From Gracilinanus agilis (lineage: Eukaryota), in the NCBI RefSeq assembly GCF_016433145.1, contig NC_058132.1, forward strand, positions 186,132,804-186,196,803: 64,000 nucleotides of DNA, written 5' to 3'. The notes below the pieces were generated by a model. It saw only the letters and a list, made by a program, of their open reading frames with translations. It searched no databases and was not told where the DNA came from. Of the stretch, positions 1 to 13,099 are shown piece after piece. The position numbers and the translations under genes are program-made. Each line of letters begins with the position of its first letter. The stretch's first letter is position 1.

Positions 1-526
1 AAACTGAAATAAACAATTTAGAAATGGTATGCTTTCATCTGCATTCTAACTCCAACAGTACTTTCTGTGGAAGTGGGTGGCATTCTTTGTCCTAAGTCAC
101 TCAGAATTAAATCTATCGCAGTTGTTCATCCTACAATATTGCTGTTACTATGTACAGTGTTTTCATGGTTCTGTTTATTTCACTCTGCATCAGTCCAGGA
201 AGGTCTTTCCAGATCTTTCTGAAATCATCCTTTTCATCATTCCTTATAGCACAATAGTGTTCCATCACCATCATATACTGTGATTTGTTCAGCCATTCCC
301 CAATCGATGGACATCCCTTCAATTTCCAATTCTTTACTGCCACAAAAAGAGCACCTATAAATTGTTTTGCATAATTAGGTTCTTTCTTCTTTTTTTATCT
401 CTTTGGAATGCAAACCTAGTCAGGATATTAATATCTAAAAGGGTATGCATGGTTTTATAGCCCTTTGGGCATAGTTCCAAATCGCTCTCCGGAAAGGTTG
501 GATCAGTTCATAGCTCCAACAGTACC
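1..526 (-). mobile_element. L1 LINE fragment (ORF2 C-terminus and start of 3' UTR), marsupial type
   Basis: Minus ORF 131..343 reads GCPSIGEWLNKSQYMMVMEHYCAIRNDEKDDFRKIWKDLPGLMQSEINRT, the typical L1 ORF2 C-terminal block; runs off the window start. Confidence 0.9.
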
Positions 527-830
527 TGTTCTTAAGGAGTTCACAATCTAATAAAAAACAGTATGTCAATAACTATGTACAATAACTATGTAAATATATA
601 AAAGATAAATTGGAAATAATTAATATAGGGAATGACCCAGAATTAAAAGGGATAAGAAAAGTTGTAAAGATAGAAATGAATAGATTTGGTTACTGAATGA
701 TTGAGCACTCACATATGCAATGTGAATAAGGACAGGATCAAGGAGGTCTCTGAGATTCTGAAGAAAGTTGACTGAGACGATGAGACCCTGATTGACAGTA
801 AAGAAGTTTGCAAGAGAGAGACAGTCAGAG
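527..830 (-). mobile_element. L2 LINE fragment
   Basis: ctgttcttaaggagttcacaatcta followed by purine-rich text typical of antisense L2; recalled consensus only. Confidence 0.55.
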
Positions 831-833
831 AGA

Positions 834-1005
834 NNNNNNNNNNNNNNNNNNNNNNNNNNNNNNNNNNNNNNNNNNNNNNNNNNNNNNNNNNNNNNNNNNN
901 NNNNNNNNNNNNNNNNNNNNNNNNNNNNNNNNNNNNNNNNNNNNNNNNNNNNNNNNNNNNNNNNNNNNNNNNNNNNNNNNNNNNNNNNNNNNNNNNNNNN
1001 NNNNN
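834..1005. other. Assembly gap (172 N), next to GA-rich sequence
   Basis: Run of N seen directly; the ORFs at 620, 792 and 808 span it and are artefacts. Confidence 0.99.
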
Positions 1006-1029
1006 AGAAAAAACTAATTTCAGTAGACA

Positions 1030-2560
1030 TCAGTTGAATTACAAAGATAGAAACCAAACAGAGGATTAGAAGAGAGTGTGAGGAAATGAAATTTAAGGAA
1101 ATTAGTATAAATATTGGGAAGGAAAGAGAAGTTATAAAATGAATCATAAGGTCAAGTGGGGGATTTTGTTTAAAGAATGTTTAAAGACAACAGGTCAGGC
1201 TCCATCAAGTAGGGAGAGATTGGAGATTAAGTAGGAACAGAATGACAAAGGGGACAATAAGACAGAGAAGGTAAAAGGGAGAAGGGATCAAATTTTTCTG
1301 TAGAAAAATTCAACTTGGCAAGAAAAGCTAACTTCATCTGAGTCTGTAATGAAGAAAGAAATAATGGAGAATGATGCCAGAGGGATGTGAAGTGGAAAAG
1401 AGAGTTCTCAGCAAACCCTCATTGTTTTTCAAAGAAGCATGAGGCAAGGTCCTTAGCTGAGCGTGAGAGGAGGAAGGACCTTGGGAGAGCTGAGGAGAGA
1501 TGGAAATGTTAGAGTAATAGCTTTGGAAAGGAGGACATCAATTAGGAAGGAGTAAAAGTATTGTGATATTTTGGTGATGGCCTAGCTGAAATAAATCTTA
1601 AGTGGATCCAATCAGCACAATTTCATGAATTCCTCTAGCTCTTTTTGGCAAACCTGTGAACAAGATTGAAAGAGATAGTTGTTATGAATAATCCTTAGAA
1701 TTTGACAATAGAACAAGGAATAAGGTTTTTCAGATGCAAGAGTTTAATATTAGGAAGGAAGGAACATGTAGCCAATATAGAGATGATAGAATAAGAATGT
1801 TTTGAAGCATGAGGGAGATTGTTGGAGGTCATAATGGAAGTAAAGAACTCAGTTAGTTGTTACAAGTAAAACATATAGTAAAGACAATGATAAAAGATTA
1901 TGATCAGATAAAAGAATTTTAGAGTTCTTGAACATGCAAATAGAACATTTGTAAGTGATGGCAAGATCAAGAGTGTGGCTGTCTCTTTGAGTTACCAAAA
2001 TGGAATGGGGTGTAGGTCATGGGAACTGAATAGAAAGAGTAATTGGAAAGTTAGGATGTATTTGATGGAACGAAAATATATATATCAACATCCTCTGTAT
2101 GAAGGAGAGAGTTGGAGTGAAGAGAAAGACAGTGATCCAGACTATAAATTTAATGAATAATAAAGGGGAATAACCCAGGAATGTCAATAAAACCATCAAA
2201 ATATGAACTGAGTGGTAGATTATGACAGCATGAACTTCAGGAGAGAATTTAGGTGAGAGATAGTGAAAGAAGGAAATTATAGAAGTGGCAATGTTCTTCT
2301 TACTCTGACCAGTATAATTAGGGACTATGAGAGAAAATGTTGGAAAGAGTGGTCATAGAAATAGTGTCATCGGGAGAAAGGTGGATCTCAGGTGGTACCA
2401 AAAGATAGAAATGAGATAGGAAGAAATTTAAGATCAAAGGAAGTGCATTAATTGGAGAGCACACATTCTAGAGGGCATAATCTAGAGTGGAAATATTGGT
2501 CTTTGGGTAAGGATGGGGTGCTTAGGAATAAGAAAAAAGATAACGAGAGTGGAAGAAGTA
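1030..2560 (-). mobile_element. L2 ORF2 endonuclease-region fragment, degraded
   Basis: Minus strand near 2400 reads ggtaccacctgagatccacctttctcccgatgacact (like LALTETWLSPDDT). ORF 2017..2199 VLLTFLGYSPLLFIKFIVWITVFLFTPTLSFIQRMLIYI parallels the L2 APE segment VIYRPPGHSPSF..W..F...LILGDFNIH. Confidence 0.75.
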
Positions 2561-2910
2561 CTTTACTCCATCAGCAGCTGGATTTTAGAATTATTCTAAT
2601 GGGAAGAGCAAAAGTGAGATAGAGTATATTAATTTACATCAGGCAGAGTATGTTGGATGGAGAGAGGTCTATTGAGTGTCTTGCTAAAAATGATGTATAA
2701 TGTGTAACACAGACTGAATTGCTTGTCACCTCTGGGAGAAGTGAAGGAAGAAGAGAGGGGAACAATATGGATCATATGACTTTAGAATACTTATGTTGAA
2801 ATGTATTAACATTTTAAAAATTTAAACACAAATAAATAAATGTAAATGAGGTATATTTTATCTCTGGAATTTCCTTAATGCATCAGTGTTGTAATGCTAT
2901 GAAAATTGAA

Positions 2911-3290
2911 ATGAATCATAGTTGTTTAGAAGTAGAAGGAACTTTAGTGATTGACCACTCAGTTCAATCTGTTTTGGAACAAGAATCTTTTCTAAAGTCT
3001 TATCTAATAAAATGTAATACAATTTCTGCCTGAAGGTATTCAGTGATGAGGGAGTCTACTACCTCCCAGGGGAGCCATTCCATTTTTGTACAACTCTAAT
3101 TATTAGGAAACATTTTCTTACCTAAAGCAAAAGTGTGCAGTTTACAGAACTTCCACTCACTGCTTTGAGTTATGACTTCAGAGGCCAAACAAAACATTTT
3201 TATACCATTTTCCATGTAATAGTTTTTTAAATACTTGAAGACAGCTATTGTATTTCCCCTAAATCTTCATCCTCCAACCCATTTCTTTCA
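2911..3290 (-). mobile_element. L3/CR1 3' end (MIR3-tail-like)
   Basis: ctgcctgaaggtattcagtgatgagggagtctactacctcccaggggagccattccatttttgtacaactctaattattaggaaac matches the recalled CR1/L3 3' region. Confidence 0.65.
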
Positions 3291-4379
3291 AATAATCTAT
3301 GATGAACTTAAAGTTCTAAAGATCTTAATTTCTCTCCATTGATTAATTATCCTAAATATGAGCTAGAATTTTGGTTTGAAATTCACTAATTCCACTGGTC
3401 TATTTCTGGTGGTTTGCTTATCATCTCTCCACACATGACAGGCTGTTTCACATCTATCATTTTTCTTATAATGATCCTTTAGCCTAGAATACCCTCATCT
3501 ATTTCAACCATTGAAATCCATCTTAAATGCTATGTACTACATAAAGTTTTCCCTGGTATACCCAGGTAGCAAGGATCTTTCCCCCTTGTATTCTTCACAT
3601 CACTTTAGATGTCCCTCCCTTATATTTACCAAGTATAATTTTGTTTATAATAATGTGAACATAACAATATGTCAGGTGTTGGTGGTGATGCAAGGAGAGA
3701 GAGATAACTATATACCTAAAGCTCCACATGTACATAGATACCAGCACAGCTAGAATAAGCAAAGATGTTATTCTAAAAAATGGTACCTAAAATATATCTG
3801 GAAAAAAGAAACTCAGATGCCCGTGAATTAACTTTTTAAAACAAATTCCAGAAAGGGATAAATTTATAGAAATATTTCAAATTTTAAGGTACAGTTATCT
3901 CTCAGGAGAACAGATACACCAGAACACTGACTATATGGACAGAGTCTCTGGTATATCAGCAAAACCATATCTAAAGAAAGAATGGGGTAGAGCCAGTCTA
4001 GGTAAGAATTCAACTAAGGTGTGACCTCTAAAAGAGAAAGTACACCAACTTCAAACTTCCTGTTTCAGTTATTTATTCTTGCTTCCTAGGTACTAATCTC
4101 AGGTGTCTTTACCTACTAAAGTACAAATGTAAGAAGAGTCTAAATCTTGGTACCCTGAAACATAGCTTCCCTGTCTCACAGTGGTAAAAAAAATCCATCA
4201 ACTTCATCCTATAGAAGATCACTATTGATCATTTGGAGGAAGGGATACTGGTCTCTGAAAAAAAATATGGACAGAAAGCTAATGTTTATGTCAAGTAATT
4301 AGGAATTCGTTGAAAAGTAAAAAAATAGAAAAGTGATTCAATGCTCATATAACAGGGAGAAATTGGTAAATTGTAAAAA

Positions 4380-4670
4380 GAATGATTTGGTCATGGAAGT
4401 TTGGAAAAAGTAAGGGGAGAATTAATGAATGTTCTTAAAAATTCCAGTGACTGGCTACTGTGATAGTTGCTAGAATTTGTTGAGTAGAGAAATAGCATGA
4501 GAAAATCTGGGGCTAAGTAAATTAATTTTGGCAGCTTTGTAGAAAATGATTTGAAGTAGAATGATACATGATTTAGGGAAACCAATTGGGGACATTTGCA
4601 ATAATCTAAGTAGATGGTGGTAAAAGCCTGAACTAATGAGATGCCTATGAAAGAAAAGCAAAGGAACTGC
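4380..4670 (-). mobile_element. L2 fragment
   Basis: aaattaattttggcagctttgtagaaaatgatttg...gcaataatctaagtagatggtggtaaaagcctgaacta is typical antisense L2. Confidence 0.6.
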
Positions 4671-4816
4671 ATTCAAGAGATACCCTAATTCCAAATTCCA
4701 TGTTCTTTTTACAATACCCTACTCTTTTCAGGGAACCAAGTCTGAATCTCTTTGCCTTTGCTCTCTTTGAGTTTCAATACTTATCCTATGTACTATTCAA
4801 AATAAATACTTTAGGC

Positions 4817-4998
4817 CAGTAATGTCAAACTAAAATAGAAATAGAGGTCTCTAGACTACACATAAGGATTTCTGTCAAGCACATATTGACTTAGAAAATT
4901 ACATTTTTTCTTGTATTTTTATTTTGTCAAATAATGTCTAATTATATTTTATTCTGATTATGGAATGCATTTTGCTCATATTATGTTTGACATCTCTA
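4817..4998 (+). mobile_element. hAT/Charlie non-autonomous MITE (OposCharlie3-like), copy 1
   Basis: Starts cagtaatgtcaaactaaaatagaaa, ends tttgacatctct; same family as 43510-43721 and 45912-46105, in the opposite orientation; TSD not recognisable. Confidence 0.7.
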
Positions 4999-6225
4999 TT
5001 CACCAAATATATTATTTTTCACATTGCCCCTTTGCTTATGTGATTTCCTGACTGAAATGCCCTCTTCCCTAGTATCAATCATTAAAATCCTATACATTTC
5101 TATATAGAATATCCAGTTCTCATGTCACCTGCTTCATGAATGTCCCTGATTCTCTCTCTTAAATATGATCTCCCCATCCTGTGATTTCTACTATACTGTA
5201 AACATGTATTGTCTTAATATTTGTAAAGAAGTATCAAATGAGTAAATCAATAAAATTATCCACTCCTAACTAAAATAAATGAAGAAATGAATTACATTGC
5301 TACCATAACCATATGAGAATATGCCTCAGTTGAAGCAGGCTATGACAGTTGATGCAGTGGAGGGCATTCCAACAAAGTATGGAAAGACTTTGAGAAGTTT
5401 AAATGTTGCTGATGGTCCAATAGAGGATCTGTAAAATCTATATAGTCAGCTATAAAGCCATTCCTGAAATATCAAGCCAGTTTGGTTCTAGGAGGAATTC
5501 AGAGTGGATGTCTAATTTTGAATAGGAGAGTCATTTCTGAGGAATAGTCAGTTGGGTTGGCAGGGGTAGGGCATAGAGAAAAGGGAAGAGATTTCCTTGT
5601 GATTTGGCTTTGGACTTCTTTACCCATCATTACCCAGAAGAGGATCTTGTGAATTCTGTGAACTCATCTTCTCAGTGACATTCTTACAAGATCTCTAGGA
5701 TAATTAGTTGCAGTGTATTAACTGGGAGCCAAAGACAGTCTAGATGCAGATTCATAGCTTTATAAGAGCCCAGTAGGAGCTACACTGTACCTAAGGATAG
5801 TAGAAACCCAGCAAAGGGGCTCATAGGATCTGTGCTTTACCTGTATACTCCCTAAGTTTGAGCATACTTTCCCTTAGATTCTGAATGTATTAATGAGTTT
5901 TTCACAGACATTTTGTAATAATTCTTTTTACTATTTTTTGTTACTATACAAACTTTTCTAAAAACTACTTGAGTCTGGCTAATTGATAGCCTATACAAAA
6001 GAATGACAGGAAATGCATCAGTGGGTGTTCGTGAACTAAATAACATTTAATTAGAAAGACACCATCAACCTCTCAGGGCTGGAACACCAGAAGCCTAAGG
6101 GGTCTCAGGAGACCAGTTTATCGATGCAATGGGAGTTTGGATAGATGCCTCAGAGAATGTGCTAAACGTTATCACCTTTATACTCGTCATTATGCTCTGC
6201 CCTTAAATTCTTTGTAAGCAGGTAG

Positions 6226-6410
6226 GATATATGCATACATATAGGTATACATATATAATTGGGTCCAACCTATCAAATATATGTGTATATATAAATATAA
6301 GTTTATATATGTATATACACATACATATAATATGTATAAATAAACATATATATGTAAACATTGGCATTTTAAAAAATCTATAGCATGACATAGTACATTA
6401 CACATATATT
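6226..6410. repeat. Degenerate (TA)/(TACA) low-complexity repeat
   Basis: Seen directly; explains the Y/I/H-rich ORFs at 6190 and 6203. Confidence 0.85.
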
Positions 6411-7416
6411 AATCACTTAATAAATGCTTTTTGAATTACATTTTTAAAGCTGTAATTTTTGTAAAATAACCTTCAAGTATCTGAAGAAATTAATTTAATT
6501 TAGTTAGGATAATTTTAAGTCCTCAACTACAGAACCATGGCCCTGGTCCTAAATGGGAGAAAGGCTCTTCTGCTTCCAGCAGCCAAGATGGTGGAAATTA
6601 GGAACTTTCTGAGTGTGCTAAGTGGAAGAGAGAATTTAATATGTTCAAAGAATTTTTCAATTATAAATTGGTGTTACCTGAATGATTTTGTTCATTTGTA
6701 GATATACTCATGGAATATGATTTTTCAATAGCAACATTGAAATAAAAAATAAGAATTCAGATTCAAACTGTGTCATTTAGTTCCCATGTCTTCCTGACCA
6801 AGTCAATTAATTCCTCTGAAACTTAATATTAATATCAGGACTGAGATAATAATTACATTGTTTACATAACAAAATAACTGGGAAAAGATTACTTAAGTTC
6901 TTTATAAATGTAAACTATTATTCTAAGAAACTACTCTCTACATGGTCAATGACTCAGACTGAGAACAAGAAAATAAATGGAACTGGCAGCTGGAGTAGGA
7001 CAGGGTCTATTTTTCAAGAGGCATGATAGGAGAAAAGGGAACAACTCACTGGCAGATGAAATTCTTAAGGATAAAGGCATTCTATCTTCCAATTACAGAC
7101 CTTTGCACAGATTTTTCTACATGCTTGTTGACATCTTAAAATCTTTAGTATCCCTCAAAACTAATTTCAAGTACTGCCACCTATATAACACCTTTCCTAA
7201 TCCACTCAAAAGCTAATCCCTCCCCCAATCATCTTCGTGTATTTTTTGTAAATACTTCTATTTGTAAATGTTGCCTGCTATAGTTTGTATGCTCCATAAT
7301 AGTAGCAATGATTTTATTTATATTTTTGTATCCCCAGAATCTAGTAAAGTGCATGGCAAATGGGAAGTGCTGATTAAATGCCTATTCATTGATTTATTGG
7401 CAATAAAAGGGTATCA

Positions 7417-7419
<3 letters not shown>

Positions 7420-7487
<68 letters not shown>
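7420..7487. repeat. (GA)n microsatellite, about 34 units
   Basis: Perfect GA array; explains the RE run in ORF 7268..7570. Confidence 0.98.
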
Positions 7488-7490
<3 letters not shown>

Positions 7491-7569
7491 TGAGAAAAAG
7501 ACAGAGACATAGAGGTGAGATGAAAGACCAGGTCTCTTTTAAAAGATCTGAGAGAGGAAGGTTATTATA

Positions 7570-7775
7570 AACTGAGCCAACTGAACTTTATAACCTATGT
7601 ATAGTTGTCTAATCTTGCTTTTAGACTTTTGTCACTGTTTCCTGATCTCTAAAATGATGATAATAATCCCTAGTTCACAGGTTTATTGTGAGGATTAAAT
7701 AAGATGACAGATGACGTGTAAAGTGCTTTGCAAATCTTAATGGCTTGCATAAATGCTGGCTGTTATTATAACCAA
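7570..7775 (+). mobile_element. MIR SINE
   Basis: Core-like tctctaaaatgatgataataatccctagttcacaggtttattgtgaggattaaataagatg...gtaaagtgctttgcaaatcttaa. Confidence 0.75.
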
Positions 7776-9294
7776 TTCTTGGCATATGCCTTTTCTGTTT
7801 AGATTTTTATCATATATCAGTGTTGGCTACATACTATTTAACCTTGAAGAAATTCATTCTTTGAATCACAGATAGAAAAATTAATCATAATAGATTTATT
7901 GAAATGTTAACATTATTTGGTTTTGTCTGTTTTTTTTTGTTTTTGTTTTTAATGCCTACTGCCTATATAGCCTGTAATGGGAAAATATTCAACTGAAAAA
8001 AGTAGATGACAAATATAGGAAACCTACTGTATCTATCAAGTTTAATTAATGATTGTCTCACGTTCACAAGGAGAGATTTTTTTTTAATTTAGTAATGCAG
8101 AATTTTAGTAGCATTCGTTTCTGTTTCCACGATGTGTGAGAAGGTAAAATTAACTGACAGTTAAATGTCCCAGATTAAACCAGTTTGGCTAATAATTCAA
8201 GTTCTCTTTTAGATGATAACCTTGGAGAGATCATGCAAACCTTTTAATTTTTATTCATTAGTTAAAGAGAGAGAGAGCAAAAGACTGAATGTAGCAAAAT
8301 CAAAGAATAGATGCATTTGAAGTTAAAATGTTTTTAAAATTTAAATGAGAAAAGCCTCATCAGAGGCAATATCTCTTAAATATGACCATTATATTGTACC
8401 TTTAAGAATAACCTCTTATAAAAGGAAATAGAAAAAACAAATATCCCTGTGGTTAAATAATCAAGGATACCACACAATTTAGAAAAGCTGAGACAAAGCT
8501 GCATAGTATCTCGGGATCCATCTCTTGCTACAACTAAAACTCACATAATAATATATATCAATGCACTTATTAAAATCTACATAACTTATATCTGGCAATA
8601 ACAAATTATACAAGAACAGAAGTTCTTCACTATCATATTGCTACATATTTCTTAAATAAAAAGGATAATTGGATTCGCTTCATACACTAATTTTTACATT
8701 TGCTTTCCATAGAACCCTAGGTTGTGTGTAGAAAAAAACATGATAAAAAAGCATACACAGCAAATCAAATTATTTTCCTTTCTATTCACTATTAGCTCAT
8801 GAGGGGCAGTAAAGTAGCTAAGTTATGAATAGGAAAAGGATTTATGTAGCACTTAGCTTAATGCTTCTCACACAATAGGTGCTTAATAAATTCTTACTGA
8901 TTGATTGTGGTCAGAGATGATATTTCAGTTCCATTGCCCATATGGAATTGCCTTCTCTCAGTGCTTATGAACAAGAAAGAGGAATTCCACTGCTGTCATT
9001 TGGAAATTGGATTAAAATTTTCATGTTTCCAGAATCAAGAAGGAAGTGCAGGTGAACTAGTGGTACCTGGATAGAAAGCATACATTTTAGCCATTATATC
9101 TGAGAACATAAAACCTCCTACTCTGACATTTTCTGAAAACAATATATAAAAAAGGAACAATAGCTCAGGCTTCTGAGTTGATTTTTTAAAATGGAATCCT
9201 TACGGGGTTGCAGAATTGATTGTTTTAGAAGAGCAGACAAGAAGAGATTTCATCGTGCCTTGTTTCTCAGTTGTATCAGTTGTACCAAAGTCCC

Positions 9295-9505
9295 CATTTG
9301 GGGTTTTCTTGGCAAAGGTACCATAGTGGCTTGCCACTTCCTCTCCAGTTCATTTTACATACAAGAAAAATGAAGTAAACTGAGGTAAACAGGGCTAAGT
9401 GAGTTGCCAGAGTCACAGAGCTAATAAGTGTCTGAGACTGGATTAGAAATAAGGTCTTCCTGATGCCAGGACCAACACTCTATCCTCTCTACCAACTAGA
9501 TGACC
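9295..9505 (-). mobile_element. MAR1-type SINE
   Basis: ttttcttggcaaaggtaccatagtggcttgccacttcctctccagttcattttac...aaactgagg...gtcacagagctaataagtgtctgag. Confidence 0.8.
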
Positions 9506-9819
9506 CAGTCAGAAAAGTATAATTCTAGCCATTTCTTCTTTTCTGATATTTGTGTTTCTTTGTACAGTGTATGTGGTCCTAGAGAAACTTTGTGTAGTGG
9601 TCTATATGGAGGTTTTAGACACAAAGTATACCAATGGCCTAGTTATCAGTGACTCAGTATCACAAGGTCAGCAACAGCTTTGTCCTTGATCATACCTCAG
9701 AAATGGCTTTTCTCAAAATATCTGAGTCAAAAGCTGTGAAAACCTCATCATAAGTCCAGTAAGTTGGGACATGACACAGTGTTAATAAGTGTGGGGGGGG
9801 GATGCTGTAAATTGTCAGA

Positions 9820-10050
9820 ATAATGACCAATCATGACTTCTAAATTGTCATCTTCCCCCTTTTGTCTGAGAGGTAGTAGATTCCAGGAGAAAATGCACTT
9901 TCAGACCAGATGAGTTTGGGGATTTATTTTTTTTGTTAATTGTACTTATTTGTTAGATGTGAAGGTTTTATTGGGTAGTAAAGCCACAGGGAAATTACTA
10001 ACATTAAAAAAAAGAATAGAAAGTCAATGAAATGCATTTTTAAATGCCAT
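9820..10050 (+). mobile_element. Old L1 3' end
   Basis: tgaccaatcatgacttc...gagaggtagtagattccaggagaaaatg...aaaaaaaagaatagaaagtcaatgaaatgcatttttaaa resembles marsupial L1 3' UTR. Confidence 0.6.
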
Positions 10051-10661
10051 TATTTTATACATTCTTATAATGCTTGAAAAAAGAAAGAGGCAAGAAGGAC
10101 CTCATTCTTCAGGAGCTAGGTATTCTTAGCCCCTCTGTATCTACTGTAATAGTTGGTCCTCCTTGTCCTATGAGTATCCCTGTTCACCTTTTTGAGATTT
10201 AGGAGTATCACAAGAAGGATGATTTATCTGTGATGAATACATTCTATAAGATGGATGAAGGTTTTGTCTTTTAATTTGTTCTTTTTGAGGTCATTCCATC
10301 CTTTTCCCCACTTCCCTTACTTTCAGTTGTCAAATAGGGCATACTTAAGAAACCTTTTTAATTCTGATAGTCAAGTGTTTGGATTAGGGGTTCCATTTTC
10401 ATGGTATGTATGTACACGTGGCTTCTAGGGAAGAACTATCATAGCTAAATTGAAATTGGTTATATGATAAAATGCCTGGTCCCCACAGCCTGACACTGAC
10501 ATATCATAGAGAAATAGGAATATTAACTCAGGAAGTGCTGTCAAAAATGTAGCACTAGCTGACAAAGATTCATCACAATGAAGTCCAATATTTTCTGTGC
10601 CTTAGACATGACTGAACTCAGCAGTATGGCACAAAAACATGAATCTATTGGGGAAACAATT

Positions 10662-10885
10662 TGCTTGTTCTTAACCTTGTTCAACTCTTCATGACCCCAT
10701 TTTGGTCTTGTTTGGCAAAGATACTGGAGTGACTTGCCATTTCCTTCTCCATCTCATTTTATAGATGAGGTACTGGGCCAAAAAGGATTGAGTGACTTGC
10801 TTAGGGTCACATAACCAGTGTCTGAGGCTAGATTTGAACTCAGGCAGAGTCTTCTTGTCTCCAGGCCTGACACTCTATTCTACCT
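10662..10885 (-). mobile_element. MAR1-type SINE
   Basis: tcaactcttcatgaccccattttggtcttgtttggcaaagatactggagtgacttgccatttccttctcc...tgacttgcttagggtcac. Confidence 0.85.
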
Positions 10886-10919
10886 AGTTGAAAATAGAGC
10901 CAGAAACAAAGAGAAAGAC

Positions 10920-11125
10920 AGAATGGTGTAATGGGAACAGCACTGCATTTAGAACTAGATAGTTTGAGTTAAGTTATTTTGGAAATGGCTGTTAATTTAC
11001 CAATTGTGTGATCTTGTTCAAATCATTAAATCTCTTTGGGCCATAGTTTTTCCAGATATAAAATGAAAGGTTCGGATATGATGGCATATAATGCCCCTTT
11101 TAACTCAAAATCAAAATCTACAATC
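10920..11125 (+). mobile_element. MIR SINE
   Basis: atggtgtaatgggaacagcactg head and tgtgtgatcttgttcaaatcattaaatctctttgggccatagtt core. Confidence 0.65.
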
Positions 11126-11589
11126 CTTTGACTTTTAAATATTTCAATCCTACATTTATGTTTTCAAGCATTTTTCGTTTCTCTCCCTTTCACCTAACAC
11201 TATCAAGTTCTCCAAGCAAAGGCTAGTCTCATACACCAGCAATTAGAGGTTTTATTTTTCATTCTCTTGTATGGGAGAGATACTCCTCAAGGTTATTGAA
11301 TGTAAATACTGCCTTGTTATCCTAATATATTGGACACCCTTTTCTCTTTTCTCTTTCCTATGGTAACAAGTTTCTCATTTTTTAGAATTAATAATTTACT
11401 GTATCCTCTAACAATAAGCTATTTGCTGGTCTTAGTAAAATGTGAAAGATAAAACAGTGGCAATTTATATTTTTAGTTTTTTTAATATAAAAAAAATTTA
11501 GGCTGACACCTAAATGTGACAATTAGGTGAAATTAGAGTACAAAGAGAAAATAACCAAAATAAGCATTAATAATATTTCCAATTTTAAT

Positions 11590-11990
11590 ATACATTATTC
11601 CTTGTCACTCGCTCTTTGATCTAGCCAAACTAGGCTTCTTGTTTCTCTTACATCCCATCTTGATTCCTTTGTACAGGCTGTGCCAAATATCTGTAATGTA
11701 CTCCCTCCTAATCTATGCTTCTTAGAATAGTTTCCTCTAAAATTCTGTTTAAATGCCACCTCCTATATAAGACTTCCTCTAATCATTCCCCTCTCAACTA
11801 CTAAAGCCTTACCTCCAAATTAATTTGCATGTACTAATTATTTTGTTTGTACTTATATGTGTACATATTATTTCTCCTATAGGGTACAAGTTCCTTGTGA
11901 ACAGAAATAATTTCCTTTATGTCTTTGTAACCCCATAGCTTTATGCATTGACTGGCACATAATATGTTTAATAATTTTTATTTATACTAA
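11590..11990 (+). mobile_element. L2 3' end
   Basis: ctagccaaactaggcttctt...aggctgtgccaaatatctgtaatgtactccctcc...gggtacaagttccttgtgaacagaaataatttc. Confidence 0.7.
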
Positions 11991-12840
11991 CAATGAAACA
12001 AACATTGACAAATGTAGTTCAAATGATTAGAAATATTATCATTAACTTCATTTTAGAATAGGATCTAGATATTATATAATCCAAGACTTAATTTTATAGG
12101 TGAATAAACAGAGACTCCAGACATGCCAGATGACTTACCCAAGTTTATACAGTGGCAGAGATAAAGTTTAGAAACTAAATATTCCAATTCAAATCATCAC
12201 ATTTCTGAGCTCTGCCTGACAATAGCTATCATCATTTAGGGTTTATTTCTAGTAATTCCAATATATACCCGAAGTGGGTTATATTACTTTTTTTACCAAT
12301 GCTTCCAAGTTATGACAAAATCTTGAAGACATTTACAAACAAAATGCAACAGATTTTAAGAATAAAATTTAAAATTTTTAAATATGTATTTGACAAATTA
12401 TGACAAAATACAAAATGCTGATATTTATATCAGTAAATATCAAATTTTTAAAAGTTGTGAACAATATTATATAAACATCTATAAACATAGATGCTTTATC
12501 AGCAGTGTTTCCAAATTTAATATGCTAATTGATAGCAAAGACTCGAAGTCAAATATATTATTAGATTGGAAATAAAATGTTCTAAAAATTGAGATAAAAA
12601 GCCTTATATTACTTGTTGGATTATTAGTACTTTAAAACTGGTATTTAATTTGTTTATTATAAGAATCCTGCCACACTTGATTAAAGTGTGGACTGAAGAA
12701 CAGTCTACTGCTCTGAACTAAAACTGTTTTGAACTAAAGGATGCTTGAGAAATCAAATTGAATCAAGTGAACAAGCATTTATTAAACGTTTCCTATGTAA
12801 AGGCACTGTGCTAAGCTCTGGGAATACCATTAAAAGCAAA

Positions 12841-13099
12841 TAACAATAATATATAGCTAACATTTATATAGCATTTATTCAGTGCCAGGCATTATGCTAA
12901 GTCATTTGTAATTATTATTTTACTAGAACCTCACAACAACCCTGGGAGGTAAGTGTTATTATTAAGTTTGTTTTAGAGAAAAGAAAACTGAAGCAGAGAT
13001 TAAATGATTTACTTGCCCAGGATCACACAGCTAATAAGTATCTGAGGACTGGTTTGAATTCAGGTCTTCCCAACTGACCACTATTTCCTAGCTGCCTCC
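12841..13099 (-). mobile_element. MIR SINE nested in an L2 3' fragment (host about 12757-13200)
   Basis: aataatatatagctaacatttatatagc...cctcacaacaaccctgggaggtaagtg...agctgcctc; L2 text flanks it on both sides. Confidence 0.8.

Noticed and set aside
620-1147. ORFs of 69-175 aa
   Set aside because: They span the N gap and are artefacts.
5290-6200. Less AT-rich unassigned segment
   Set aside because: Possibly a decayed LTR or LINE, but no termini, TSD or coding motif could be identified.
6565-6600. cagccaagatggtgg, resembling the YY1 site at L1 5' ends
   Set aside because: Too short and no further L1 5' UTR similarity follows.
12671-12691. 8-bp hairpin ccacactt-gatta-aagtgtgg
   Set aside because: Stems of 8-9 bp are expected several times by chance in this window.
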